Shown: positions 35,615-44,933, numbered from the stretch's first letter. The stretch is 53,636 nt of DNA from an uncultured bacterium (GCA_965364445.1 CBDTXM010000002.1:1-53636), one strand, 5' to 3'. Notes: a model not told the origin generated them from the letters alone. Translations and numbers: made by a program.

Positions 35615-37426
35615 TCAGCGCTTTCCGCGATCGCCTTTCCGGCTCCGCTCGAGCCCCGGCCGCTTTCCCTTCGACTCCTTGCGGTCGGGCTTGGGAGCGG
35701 AGGTCCCCATCTTCGCTCGGGCCGCCTGGCGTTCCTTCGACAGAAACAGCTGCTGCGGAAGCGACGCGATGTTGCTCGTCGTGTAGTAGAGATTCAGTCC
35801 GGAGGGGAATCCCGCAAACATGACGGTGAACACGACGGGCAGCACGTAGGTCATCATCTTCATCTGCGGATTGATCTGGTCCATGCCTCGCTGTCCAATC
35901 CACGAGAGCAGGAACATCGAAACGCCCATCAGCAGCGGTATGATGTAATACGGGTCCTTCAGCGACAGATCCGGCAGCCAGAGAAACGGCACGCCACGGA
36001 ACTCGATCGTGCCCTGGAAGACGAAGAACAGGGTGAAGAGAATCGGCATCGGAAGCATCATCGGCAGGCAGCCGGCGAGCGGGTTCACCCCGTGCTCCCG
36101 ATACAGCTTCATCATCTCCGTCTGCAGCTTCTGGGGATCGTCCTTGTGCTTTTCCTGCAGTTCCTTCATCAGCGGCTGGACCTGCATCTGCGCCATTTGT
36201 GCGCGCATCGACTTCTGGTACAGCGGAAACAGAACCACTCGCATCATCACGCCGAACAGGATCAGCACCCAACCGTAGGCGAGATTCAGCGTCTCGTGCA
36301 TCCAGCCGAGGATCAGCATCACGATTCCGACCAGCGGCCGGATGATCGGCCTGAGCCAACTCCATCCGTAAGGATTCACCCCCTCGAGGTCCTGTCCGAC
36401 GGCCTCGAGGCGACGGTATTCCTGTGGACCGAGGTAGGCGTCGAACCGGAAACCCGCCCTGCCCGCCGGAACCGGCATCGAGGTAGCGGTCGAAGCGACG
36501 TGCTCCTCCTGCTCCCCCCTCGCGACAAGGCCCCCGAAATCGGGTGCCCCATCGGGTGCCACGAACGCGATCAGGAAATACTTGTTCTTCACCGCGACCC
36601 AGTGAAATGGACCGCCGTCGGCAGTTCGGATCTCGCCTGGCTCGATCTTGTCTACCTGCACGCTCTCGATGCCTCCGGCCTGTCCGTTGGTCACGAGAGC
36701 GAGCTGCGTGAAGTCGTCCTTCGGGTCCTTCTCGTTCGTCGGCAGACCGGAGCCCAGTGAAGTGATCACCGACCAGCCCTGGTCACCGAATCCCTCCAGG
36801 CGACCGGCTACCTCGACCAGATAGCTGTCCGGACGGAAGTGGTAGACGACCACGAATCGGACCTGGCTGCCCGGGAAGTCGTAGGACAGCTGCAGCGAGT
36901 CGGCGCCCGACTGCGCATCGATCGTCAGGCCCTGCCGATCCGCGGTGAACAGCCGCCCGGACAGCGAAGCCGTGTCGCCCGCAACGGCCACGCGCCAGCC
37001 GAAGACCGCATCGCCGGACCGCACGAGCTGGACTCTGTCGTCGCCGTTCTCGCGCGGCGCATACGATTCGTAGCCCAGCAGCCGGGCACCCACCATCCGG
37101 GCACCCAGCGTGGTGAACCGCAGCTCGTAGCGGTCACTTCTCACGACGATCGTGTCGTGATCGATCGCCTCGACCACTCCGGGGAGCCGACCTGGATCCG
37201 TCTCCACGAGGCCGGCGGCACGATCGCCGGACCCGGAGACGTCGCCTGCCGTTTCCGCGTCCCGCCCACTCTGTTCCGGGGCGCCGGGCAGCACTGCGTC
37301 CTGGAGAAGCGAATCCGCCTCCGGAATGCCGCTATCGGGCGGCGGAGCCGGCGGTGGAAACAGAATGTTGGTCAGAAAGATCACCGCGATCGTGAGGACC
37401 ACGGCGAGAACGACACGTTTCTCCAT
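35615..37426 (-). CDS. yidC: Membrane protein insertase YidC (long form with periplasmic domain)
   Basis: 603 aa. The conserved core is PLYQKSMRAQMAQMQVQPLMKELQEKHKDDPQKLQTEMMKLYREHGVNPLAGCLPMMLPMPILF. Confidence 0.95.
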   Translation of the reverse strand: MEKRVVLAVVLTIAVIFLTNILFPPPAPPPDSGIPEADSLLQDAVLPGAPEQSGRDAETAGDVSGSGDRAAGLVETDPGRLPGVVEAIDHDTIVVRSDRYELRFTTLGARMVGARLLGYESYAPRENGDDRVQLVRSGDAVFGWRVAVAGDTASLSGRLFTADRQGLTIDAQSGADSLQLSYDFPGSQVRFVVVYHFRPDSYLVEVAGRLEGFGDQGWSVITSLGSGLPTNEKDPKDDFTQLALVTNGQAGGIESVQVDKIEPGEIRTADGGPFHWVAVKNKYFLIAFVAPDGAPDFGGLVARGEQEEHVASTATSMPVPAGRAGFRFDAYLGPQEYRRLEAVGQDLEGVNPYGWSWLRPIIRPLVGIVMLILGWMHETLNLAYGWVLILFGVMMRVVLFPLYQKSMRAQMAQMQVQPLMKELQEKHKDDPQKLQTEMMKLYREHGVNPLAGCLPMMLPMPILFTLFFVFQGTIEFRGVPFLWLPDLSLKDPYYIIPLLMGVSMFLLSWIGQRGMDQINPQMKMMTYVLPVVFTVMFAGFPSGLNLYYTTSNIASLPQQLFLSKERQAARAKMGTSAPKPDRKESKGKRPGLERSRKGDRGKR

Positions 37427-37681
37427 CTATGGGCCGCTTCTTTCAAGTTCTGGGTTCGGAGAGCGAGCCTCCGGCACAGGATCCGGTCCGAATCCGCCGA
37501 ACGGGTGGCAACGGCCGATTCGACGTGCGGCAAGCCACAGCCCGCGTCCCGCACCGTGTCGCTCGATCGCGATCCTGGCGTACTCGGAGCAACTGGGATC
37601 GAATCGGCATGCGGAGGGGAGAAGCGGCGAAACGCCCGCCTGGTAGAGTCGTATCACTCCAACCAGCAGTCGGGTCAGCAT
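37427..37681 (-). CDS. yidD: Membrane protein insertion efficiency factor YidD
   Basis: Trimmed to MLTRLLVGVIRLYQAGVSPLLPSACRFDPSCSEYA...RCHPFG. Its stop abuts the yidC ATG. Confidence 0.9.
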   Translation of the reverse strand: MLTRLLVGVIRLYQAGVSPLLPSACRFDPSCSEYARIAIERHGAGRGLWLAARRIGRCHPFGGFGPDPVPEARSPNPELERSGP

Positions 37682-38022
37682 GGAATCCTCTGCAGGCAAT
37701 CCGTCATCGCCGTCAGTAGATCGTCGAAGTCGCTGTCGTAGGCCGCCGGCCGCGCTCGCACCACGAGGTCCCCTGTCGCACCCGTCGGGAGCCAGTGGAG
37801 TCGAACGATCTCTCGCAGACGCCGCTTCAGCCGATTCCGCTCCACCGCCGTGTGTCCGTGTCGGGGCACGACGATCGCAGCTCTGGGCACAGCGCCAGGG
37901 CCAGGGGCCAGAAACAGATCGATCGGACCGCATCGATGACGTCGGCCCGATCGGAACACGCTGCGGATCTCGCTGGATCGCCGAAGTCGGCTGGCGCGCG
38001 GATATGCGAATGTACCGGACAC
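37675..38022 (-). CDS. rnpA: Ribonuclease P protein component
   Basis: 115 aa and basic. It has the RNR-like motif VERNRLKRRLRE and sits between rpmH and yidD. Confidence 0.9.
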   Translation of the reverse strand: MSGTFAYPRASRLRRSSEIRSVFRSGRRHRCGPIDLFLAPGPGAVPRAAIVVPRHGHTAVERNRLKRRLREIVRLHWLPTGATGDLVVRARPAAYDSDFDDLLTAMTDCLQRIPC

Positions 38023-38045
38023 GCGCCCGGACTCCCGCGCCTGCC

Positions 38046-38213
38046 TCAGCGGCGATGCTTGCGGTTTACTTCGTCGCTGACCGTCAGGGAATGGCGGCCC
38101 CGCTTACGGCGCCGCGCCAGTACCTTCCGGCCCGCCTTCGTCTTCATGCGCGCGCGGAACCCGTGGTCCTTGACCCGCTTCTTCCGGCTGGGATTTCTAT
38201 ACGTCGGCTGCAT
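38046..38213 (-). CDS. rpmH: 50S ribosomal protein L34
   Basis: Not in the ORF track (55 aa). My translation is [59 protein letters not shown] lies upstream of the ATG at 38213. Confidence 0.9.
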   Translation of the reverse strand: MQPTYRNPSRKKRVKDHGFRARMKTKAGRKVLARRRKRGRHSLTVSDEVNRKHRR

Positions 38214-38258
38214 CTGCTCGTCGTCTCCGTTCGTGACGTCGTTCGAAAAAAGCCCTTG

Positions 38259-38287
38259 AGACTAGGGGGATACGACCACTCTGTCAA
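38259..38287 (-). promoter_or_regulatory. Candidate sigma-70 promoter of rpmH
   Basis: On the minus strand, TTGACA (38287-38282), a 17-nt spacer, then TAGTCT (38264-38259). Confidence 0.45.
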
Positions 38288-38314
38288 ACCAGATTCACGG
38301 TTGCCCGCTTCGCG

Positions 38315-38343
38315 TTGACAGTGTGGAAAACTTCTCGTAGCAT
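38315..38343 (+). promoter_or_regulatory. Candidate sigma-70 promoter of dnaA with a DnaA box in the spacer
   Basis: TTGACA (38315-38320), a 17-nt spacer, then TAGCAT (38338-38343). The spacer contains TGTGGAAAA (38322-38330, 8/9 DnaA box). Confidence 0.5.
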
Positions 38344-38396
38344 CCCTGCCCGCTCCCTTCCGGGGTGCACCCGTTCCCTCTTACGGTCAACGCGCG

Positions 38397-39806
38397 ATGG
38401 AACTGACGGCTGCCGAAGCCTGGTCCTCGATCACCTCCGCTGCTCGCGAGGTGCTGCCGGAGCAGACCTTCCGCACCTGGTTGATTTCCACGGAGGCCGT
38501 AGCCCTCGCCGAGGGAACGCTCGTCGTCGCCGCCCCGACCCGATTCGCCGTCGAGTGGATCGAGGACAAGTACGGTGACCTGCTCCGGGATCTGGCGCGT
38601 CGCGAGCTGGGCCGGTCCCTGCACATTCAATTCGAGCACCACGGCTCGGGAGATCGGCTGGTCATTCCCGACCTCGGCGATCCGGTCGAGCCTCCGACGG
38701 TAACGAGCCCTGCCGGGGCAGACGAGACCGACAGCCGAGCGGAGGCGGATGGCGAAGCGTCCTACGAGGCGGCGGCTCGGGCATCGGGCCTCAACTCCCG
38801 GTACACCTTCGACCGATTCGTCGTCGGCGCCAACAGCCAGCTGGCCGCCGCTGCCTGCAACGGAGTGGCCGACAGTCCAGCACAGCTCTACAACCCGCTC
38901 TTCATCTACGGTGACACGGGTCTCGGCAAGACTCACCTCATGCACGCAGTAGGACACGAGATTCTCTCGCGGAATCGGTCGGCTCGTGTCGCCTACGTTC
39001 CGTCGGAACAGTTCACGAACGAGATGATCGCCGCGATTCAGAGCGGCAGGACACCCGAGTTCCGGCAGCGCTACCGGAAGATCGACGTGCTCCTGGTCGA
39101 CGACGTGCACTTCCTCGGGAACAAGGAGGGGACGCAGGAGGAGTTCTTCCATACCTTCAACTCCCTCTACGACGCCCACAAGCAGATCGTCATCACCAGC
39201 GACCGCCCGCCGCAGGAAATCCCCGGGCTCCAGGAGCGCCTGGTGTCCCGTTTCGAGTGGGGCCTGGTCACCGATATCAAGCCGCCCGACTTCGAGACGC
39301 GTGTGGCGATCCTCCAGAAGAAGGCGGCGGAGGACCGGTTGGTACTCGAGGATGCGGTGATCGAGTTCATCGCGAGAAACCGAAGGACCTCCGTCCGACA
39401 GCTCGAGGGCGCCGTGATCAAGCTGCTGGCATACAGCTCGCTCACGCGGCGTGAGATCAGCGTCGATCTCGCTCGCGAAGCGCTGGGACCACGGCTCGAA
39501 GATGAGGAACGGTTGCAGGTCACGCCCGAACAGATTCGGGAGCGGGTTGCGGAACGATTCGGGGTCAGCGTCGAGAACCTGGTCTCGAAGCGACGCAACA
39601 AGCCGATCACGGTTCCGCGCCAGGTGGCGATGTACCTGATCAAGACCATGCTCGACATCCCGTACACGGAAATCGGATCGCTCTTCGGTGGTCGGGACCA
39701 CTCGACCGTCATCCATTCCGTGAACAAGGTGGAGGCCGAGATGGCGGCGCGGCCGCAGTTTCGCGACCGGATCGAGTCGCTTCGGGAAGAACTCGGTCGT
39801 GGATAA
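38397..39806 (+). CDS. dnaA: Chromosomal replication initiator protein DnaA
   Basis: AAA+ Walker A GDTGLGKTHL, Walker B LLVDDVHF, and C-terminal DNA-binding domain IGSLFGGRDHSTVIHS. Confidence 0.97.
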   Translation: MELTAAEAWSSITSAAREVLPEQTFRTWLISTEAVALAEGTLVVAAPTRFAVEWIEDKYGDLLRDLARRELGRSLHIQFEHHGSGDRLVIPDLGDPVEPPTVTSPAGADETDSRAEADGEASYEAAARASGLNSRYTFDRFVVGANSQLAAAACNGVADSPAQLYNPLFIYGDTGLGKTHLMHAVGHEILSRNRSARVAYVPSEQFTNEMIAAIQSGRTPEFRQRYRKIDVLLVDDVHFLGNKEGTQEEFFHTFNSLYDAHKQIVITSDRPPQEIPGLQERLVSRFEWGLVTDIKPPDFETRVAILQKKAAEDRLVLEDAVIEFIARNRRTSVRQLEGAVIKLLAYSSLTRREISVDLAREALGPRLEDEERLQVTPEQIRERVAERFGVSVENLVSKRRNKPITVPRQVAMYLIKTMLDIPYTEIGSLFGGRDHSTVIHSVNKVEAEMAARPQFRDRIESLREELGRG

Positions 39807-40079
39807 CCGGTGTGGAGAACGGATTGACCGGCGGGGAAATCCGTCGCTCTTCGGCAACACCCGTGGAACGCCGGTGACTGCCCGGGTACTTTCCCCCGCA
39901 GGATTCACACGGTCCGAGTCGCCGCTTTCGTACCGTACATTAGGCTCCGGCCGGGAGAGCGGGACAGTTTTCCCCGTTCCCACGCTGCCTACTGTTACTG
40001 CTGTTGATGTATCAATAGAGTCTGAGAAGACATCTTTTCGGGGATATCCGTATCCCGATCTGAACCGCGAGGTTGAAGA
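39798..40079. other. dnaA-dnaN intergenic region, candidate oriC
   Basis: Two 8/9 DnaA boxes in tandem (CGTGGATAA 39798-39806, TGTGGAGAA 39811-39819). A locally AT-enriched stretch lies around 39990-40040 (CTACTGTTACTGCTGTTGATGTATCAATAGAGTCTGAGAAGACATCTTTTC). Confidence 0.4.
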
Positions 40080-41183
40080 ATGAAGCTCTCGATCACACGG
40101 GACAGCCTTCACGCAGGCCTGGGCGCGGTCGCGGCGACGATTCCCGCGAAGACCACGCTCCCCGTTCTTTCGAACATTCTGCTCGAGGCGAAAGACGGAT
40201 CACTGGCCCTGAGCGGCACGGACCTGGACATCTCCGTTTCCGTGAAGATCGACGCCGAAGTGGAGCGGGAAGGATCCGTAACCGTTCCGGCCCGGAAATT
40301 CGCAGAGATCGCGCGAGAGTTGCCGGCAGCACCGGTACACATCGAGGTCGATGGCGTCGAGATCAGAATCGAGGGCGGAAAGAGCAAGTTCAAGCTGTTC
40401 GGGCTGGCACCCGAGGAGTTCCCGAGTTTTCCGGAGGTTGGGTTCGAGGACAGCTGGCGAATGAAGGCGACGGATCTGCACGAGCTGATCAGCCGGGTCT
40501 CCTTCGCGGTTTCGACAGAGGAGAGCAGGCCGATTCTGAACGGTGTGTTGTGGCAGCTCCGTCCCGACTCGGCGACGATGGTGGCGACGAACGGTCACCG
40601 TCTCGCCCGCCTGAGAATCCAGCTCGATGGCATCGGAGCTCCTGAGACCGACCTGATCGTTCCGCCCAAGGCGTTGCAGCAGGTGGAGCGGCTGTTCGGC
40701 AGCGAAGGCGACGTCGAAGTCGCAAGATCGCGGAACCATCTCGGATTCCGCTCGTCGGACCGCCAGGTGTATACGCGCTTGATCGAGGGCCCGTATCCCA
40801 ACTACGAGCAGGTGATTCCGAGCGACAGCGACAAGACCGCTACCGCGAACCGGGACAACCTCTCGGCCGCGATTCGGCGTATGGCGGTAGTCGCGAGTGA
40901 TCAGACACACCGGGTTCGAATGGCGTTCAGTGAAGGAACCCTCTCCTTCCGGGTTCAGACTCCCGACCTCGGGGAAGCGGAAGAGGAGATGCCCGTGGAT
41001 TACCAGGGCGAGCAGCTCGAGATCGGGTTCAACGCGAACTACCTTCTCGAGGTGCTGCGCTACATGCCGGACGAAGACGTGATTCTGCAATTCAAGGCAC
41101 CCGAGCGGGCTGCGACGTTCCTGCCGGCTTCCGGGGCACCCGACTATCTCTGTCTCGTGATGCCCCTGCGGCTTCTCGACTGA
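40080..41183 (+). CDS. dnaN: DNA polymerase III beta sliding clamp
   Basis: 367 aa. MKLSITRDSL...LSNILLEAKDGSLALSGTDLDISV..., with canonical size and position after dnaA. Confidence 0.97.
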   Translation: MKLSITRDSLHAGLGAVAATIPAKTTLPVLSNILLEAKDGSLALSGTDLDISVSVKIDAEVEREGSVTVPARKFAEIARELPAAPVHIEVDGVEIRIEGGKSKFKLFGLAPEEFPSFPEVGFEDSWRMKATDLHELISRVSFAVSTEESRPILNGVLWQLRPDSATMVATNGHRLARLRIQLDGIGAPETDLIVPPKALQQVERLFGSEGDVEVARSRNHLGFRSSDRQVYTRLIEGPYPNYEQVIPSDSDKTATANRDNLSAAIRRMAVVASDQTHRVRMAFSEGTLSFRVQTPDLGEAEEEMPVDYQGEQLEIGFNANYLLEVLRYMPDEDVILQFKAPERAATFLPASGAPDYLCLVMPLRLLD

Positions 41184-41192
41184 GGAGGCTTG

Positions 41193-41888
41193 ATGCGCCA
41201 ACGCTCGCCCCTTGTTCTGACATACATCCTGATCTCGGCGCTCGCTGCAGGGGCATGCAGTGACTCGAACGGAACGGACAACACCCTCGACGCGCGGATT
41301 CGCTATGTGAATGTCGTCAAATTCACGACCGGTGCGGTCGAGATCGGTCTGCGCGACGGTCCGTCGGATGTCGTCGGGTTCGGCGACGTCACCGCGTACG
41401 AGGCCCTGCGTCCCGGCGATTACGTGGTCTTCGTCGAGGACGAAGCGGGACCCCTGGATGTGAACGGGAGCGCGTTCCTCTCCGCAGGCACGGATCACAC
41501 CCTCGCGATCACCGGTCAGTCGGACCTGCCGCGCGCGATGTTCCTCAGCGATGACCCGGGGGAACCCGATGTCGGGCAGGCATACGTGCGCGTGGCCAAC
41601 GGCGGGCTGCAGATCGGGCCGGTCGACGTTTACCTGCTCCTGCCAGGCGAGCAGGTGGATGGAACACCGACCGTCGGCGCTCTGGACTGGTTGAACATTA
41701 CCCTCTACGGCGAATTCACGAGCGGAGAAATCACGCTCGTTCTGACCGATCCGGGCACGCAGGACGTGGTATTCGACTCCGGTCCGATCTCGTTGCCATC
41801 GGCCTCGGTTCGCACTCTGTTCCTGTTCGATGGCGCGGCGGCGCTCGACGAGATCGACCTGCTGGTTCTGAACGACGGGGGCAGTTGA
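41193..41888 (+). CDS. Lipoprotein, DUF4397-like
   Basis: ATG at 41193 with GAGGAGG upstream and lipobox LISALAAGAC. The repeated pattern (IRYVNVV...VEIGL / YVRVANGG...VDVYLL) is reminiscent of DUF4397. Confidence 0.65.
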   Translation: MRQRSPLVLTYILISALAAGACSDSNGTDNTLDARIRYVNVVKFTTGAVEIGLRDGPSDVVGFGDVTAYEALRPGDYVVFVEDEAGPLDVNGSAFLSAGTDHTLAITGQSDLPRAMFLSDDPGEPDVGQAYVRVANGGLQIGPVDVYLLLPGEQVDGTPTVGALDWLNITLYGEFTSGEITLVLTDPGTQDVVFDSGPISLPSASVRTLFLFDGAAALDEIDLLVLNDGGS

Positions 41889-41925
41889 CGGGGCGGACCG
41901 CGGACTCCTTGTCCGATTCTCCGGA

Positions 41926-42093
41926 CTACTCCGAGTCGCGGTCGCCGAGCGCGACCAGCACATGTGCGGCGAGCTCCGGATCGGCTGACCGGAGCCAGCG
42001 AAGGAACTTCTGGCGCTCCTCGAGGGGCATTTCGAGCGCTCGCTCCATCGCCATCCGCAATCGAACCTCGTGCGGGTGATCGGGCTTCGCCAT
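41926..42093 (-). CDS. Small hypothetical protein (55 aa)
   Basis: ATG at 42093 is preceded by AAGGAGG with a 7-nt spacer. Third positions are strongly G/C-rich. The sequence is MAKPDHPHEVRLRMAMERALEMPLEERQKFLRWLRSADPELAAHVLVALGDRDSE. I recognise no family. Confidence 0.5.
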   Translation of the reverse strand: MAKPDHPHEVRLRMAMERALEMPLEERQKFLRWLRSADPELAAHVLVALGDRDSE

Positions 42094-42218
42094 CTCCAGC
42101 CCTCCTTCCATCCGGTCAAAGGTGAACTTCTGCCAGGCGCATCCATTCTACCGGCGTCGTTCCCTCGATGTCACCTCCATGGCTTGACGCCTCAGCGCAT
42201 GCGCCCGGAGGTTGACCC

Positions 42219-43418
42219 ATGCACATCGATCCGCACGATCGGCTGATCTGCACGGACTCCGGTTTCGGGCGGAGTCCGGAGGGCGAATGGCAGGCAGGCG
42301 AGGCAACAGGCCGCTCCAAACCGGTCTCGCAGCCGATTGTCCAGAGCTCGCTGTTCAGCTTTCCCGATCTCGCAGCCCTGCAGGCCGGATTCACCGCCGA
42401 GCATGAAACGAACCTTTACTCCCGAGGCCGAAACCCGACGGTGCAGGTGCTCGAGCGGAAGCTGGCGTCGCTGGAGCGAGGGGAAGCCTGCCTCTGTTTC
42501 GGTTCTGGAATGGCCGCCGTGAGCGCCGTGCTGCTCAGCGAGCTCAGGACCGGGGACCATGTCCTGTTCGTGAACGATACGTACGGCCCGACCCTCCAGC
42601 TCGCCGGTCACCTCGAGCGCTTCGGCATCGCACACGATCTCCAGCTGGATCTCGATCCAGAGGCGATCGAGGCGGCGATCCGACCGAACACCCGGCTGCT
42701 GTGGCTGGAGAGCCCCGGGACGATGCTGTTCCGGGTCATGGACCTTCCGGCAGTGACGCGCATGGCACGCGAGCGGGGAATCGCGACTGCGATCGACAAC
42801 AGCTGGGCCACGCCACTTTGCCAGAAGCCTCTGACCATGGGCGTGGACATCGTGATGCACACCTGCTCGAAATACATCGGCGGCCACAGCGATGTGATCG
42901 CCGGCGCCCTCGTGACGAGCGCGGAACGGGCGGAGAGGATTTTCTACTCGACGTACCTGTTGAACGGGGGGGTTCTCGCCCCGTTCGATGCCTGGCTGCT
43001 CCTTCGAGGGCTCGCCTCCCTGCCCGTCCGCCTGGCGCAGCACGAAGCGGATGCGCTCCGGGTCATCGAGTTCCTGGCGGCCCACCCGGCGGTGCGCCGG
43101 GTGCACCACCCGTCCGTCGCAGAGGGCCGACGCCTCGCGGCCGAGCAGATGACGGGTTTCACCGGGCTCCTCAGCTTCGAGCTGGTAAGGGACGAGTTCG
43201 AGGCGGTCCGCCGGGTCATCGACGCTCTCCGGCATTTTCGGATCGGGGTCAGCTGGGGCGGCGTGGAGAGTCTGGTGATCACGCCGAACCGAGGAACGAA
43301 CGAAGCTCGCCTGTCGGAGCTCGGAATCCCGACCGGGCTGATTCGAATCTCCGTGGGCCTCGAGGGGGCGAACGTGCTGATCGAAGACCTGGCCGCAGCG
43401 CTGGACCCGCTCGCGTGA
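42219..43418 (+). CDS. Cys/Met-metabolism PLP-dependent enzyme (cystathionine gamma-synthase / beta-lyase family)
   Basis: PLP-lysine motif HTCSKYIGGHSDVIAGA and the N-terminal YSRGRNPT motif. Confidence 0.9.
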   Translation: MHIDPHDRLICTDSGFGRSPEGEWQAGEATGRSKPVSQPIVQSSLFSFPDLAALQAGFTAEHETNLYSRGRNPTVQVLERKLASLERGEACLCFGSGMAAVSAVLLSELRTGDHVLFVNDTYGPTLQLAGHLERFGIAHDLQLDLDPEAIEAAIRPNTRLLWLESPGTMLFRVMDLPAVTRMARERGIATAIDNSWATPLCQKPLTMGVDIVMHTCSKYIGGHSDVIAGALVTSAERAERIFYSTYLLNGGVLAPFDAWLLLRGLASLPVRLAQHEADALRVIEFLAAHPAVRRVHHPSVAEGRRLAAEQMTGFTGLLSFELVRDEFEAVRRVIDALRHFRIGVSWGGVESLVITPNRGTNEARLSELGIPTGLIRISVGLEGANVLIEDLAAALDPLA

Positions 43419-43425
43419 GTTCTTC

Positions 43426-44880
43426 GTGACAACGTTCCGCACGGAAACTCCCCTGTCGGTCGGGGAGGCCCTGGCGCCGATCCTGACCATGCTGGGGCTG
43501 TTCGTGCTCGGGACCTTCACGATCGGGCTCAGCGGAGAGCTTCTCGTAGCCGTGCTGCTCGCCTCCGCCGCCGTCGCCGGGTTGATCGCGGCCCGACACG
43601 GACACGGGTGGGATGACGTTCAGCGGGCGACCGGCGAGAAGCTGGCCGATGTGCTTCCGGCCATCCTGATCCTGCTGGCGATCGGATTGCTGATCGCCAC
43701 CTGGGTGCTGTCCGGCACGATCCCGTACCTGGTCTACTGGGGCGTGAAATTCATCAGCCCCCGCTGGCTCGTGCTGACGGCGTTTCTCGCCACTGCCCTG
43801 ATGTCCCTCGCCACGGGAACCTCCTGGGGCTCGGCCGGGACGATCGGAGTCGCCCTGATGGGCACCGCGGCGGCGCTCGGGGCCCCGATGGCGGCGACCG
43901 CGGGCGCGGTGGTCTCCGGCGCGTATTTCGGCGACAAGATGTCGCCCCTTTCCGACTCCACGAACATCTGCGCGATCGGGGCCGGGGCCGACCTGTACGA
44001 ACACATCCGCCACATGTCGTATACCGCGCTACCGTCGTTCATTCTCGCGTTCCTCGTGTACGCTCTGGCGTCTCGGCTGACTCCGGTCGCGGCCGATGGG
44101 ATGACGGAGGGAGCGATCGGACTGCTTGCCGAGCTGGAAAGGGTGTTCGTGCTCAGTCCCCTGGTACTGATCCCGCCGGCCATCGTGGTGATCAGCATCG
44201 CTCGACAGGTGCCGGCCGCCCTGGCGATCGCGGTGTCATCGGTGGTCGCGATCGGACTCGGCGTATGGCTGCAGGGATTCGGGTTCGACGAGGCGATCCG
44301 GGCGGCCGTGGCCGGCTTCGACCTCGAAATGGTGGCTTCGACCGGCGCCGACCCGGGGTCTCTCGGGTCGGACTTCCGGCGCCTGGTCGAGCGAGGGGGC
44401 CTCTACGGAATGGCGAACACACTGATCGTGGTGATCGCCGCCTTCCTGCTGGCGGGCGCGATGAGCGCCTCCGGTTCGCTCGAACTGTTGATCGAGCGGA
44501 TGCTCACCTCGGTCCGCTCGGTGTTCGGACTGATCGCCGCCACGATGGCGGCGGGCGCGACCACGATCGCGCTCACGAGTCACGGCGGCGTGACGGCGCT
44601 CGTCATCGGGGGACTGTTCCAGGGGGCCTACGAAGAGCGCGGGCTGGCGCCGGTGAACCTCTCGCGCTCGCTGGAGGACTCGGTGACGATCACCGAGCCG
44701 CTGATGCCGTGGACGGTGTCGGCGGTGTTCATGGCCGGAACCCTCGGCGTCTCCACGCTCGAGTACGCGCCGTGGGCGCTGTTCTGCTTCGGGGGGCCGA
44801 TCTTCTCGCTGCTGATCGCGGCCACGTACGAGCGGACGGGGTTCGGGATCCGACGGGTGAGTCACGACAGTCCCGAGTAG
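43426..44880 (+). CDS. Na+/H+ antiporter, NhaC family
   Basis: 484 aa, polytopic. Overall resemblance to NhaC (..SGTIPYLVYWG.., ..GTSWGSAGTIGVALMG..). Confidence 0.85.
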   Translation: MTTFRTETPLSVGEALAPILTMLGLFVLGTFTIGLSGELLVAVLLASAAVAGLIAARHGHGWDDVQRATGEKLADVLPAILILLAIGLLIATWVLSGTIPYLVYWGVKFISPRWLVLTAFLATALMSLATGTSWGSAGTIGVALMGTAAALGAPMAATAGAVVSGAYFGDKMSPLSDSTNICAIGAGADLYEHIRHMSYTALPSFILAFLVYALASRLTPVAADGMTEGAIGLLAELERVFVLSPLVLIPPAIVVISIARQVPAALAIAVSSVVAIGLGVWLQGFGFDEAIRAAVAGFDLEMVASTGADPGSLGSDFRRLVERGGLYGMANTLIVVIAAFLLAGAMSASGSLELLIERMLTSVRSVFGLIAATMAAGATTIALTSHGGVTALVIGGLFQGAYEERGLAPVNLSRSLEDSVTITEPLMPWTVSAVFMAGTLGVSTLEYAPWALFCFGGPIFSLLIAATYERTGFGIRRVSHDSPE

Positions 44881-44933
44881 CGCTCCAGTTCAGCCGGCTG
44901 CCACCGGGTGATGGTGCTCTCGCGCGTCGAGTC

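Noticed and set aside
38295-40112. 605-aa minus-strand ORF covering the dnaA locus
   Set aside because: It is antisense to dnaA, whose identity is unambiguous. Its composition is low-complexity and Arg-rich, and I recognise no motifs.
40200-42146. 648-aa minus-strand ORF covering dnaN and the lipoprotein gene
   Set aside because: It is antisense to dnaN. It is a shadow ORF with no recognisable domains.
42195-42204. GCGCATGCGC palindrome upstream of the Cys/Met PLP gene; I also considered a SAM-type riboswitch in 42112..42218
   Set aside because: It is a short GC palindrome, which is expected by chance in this composition. I could not recognise any riboswitch core in the ~100-nt leader.
42192-43520. 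442-aa minus-strand ORF
   Set aside because: It is antisense to the Cys/Met PLP enzyme gene, which has a clear PLP-lysine motif.
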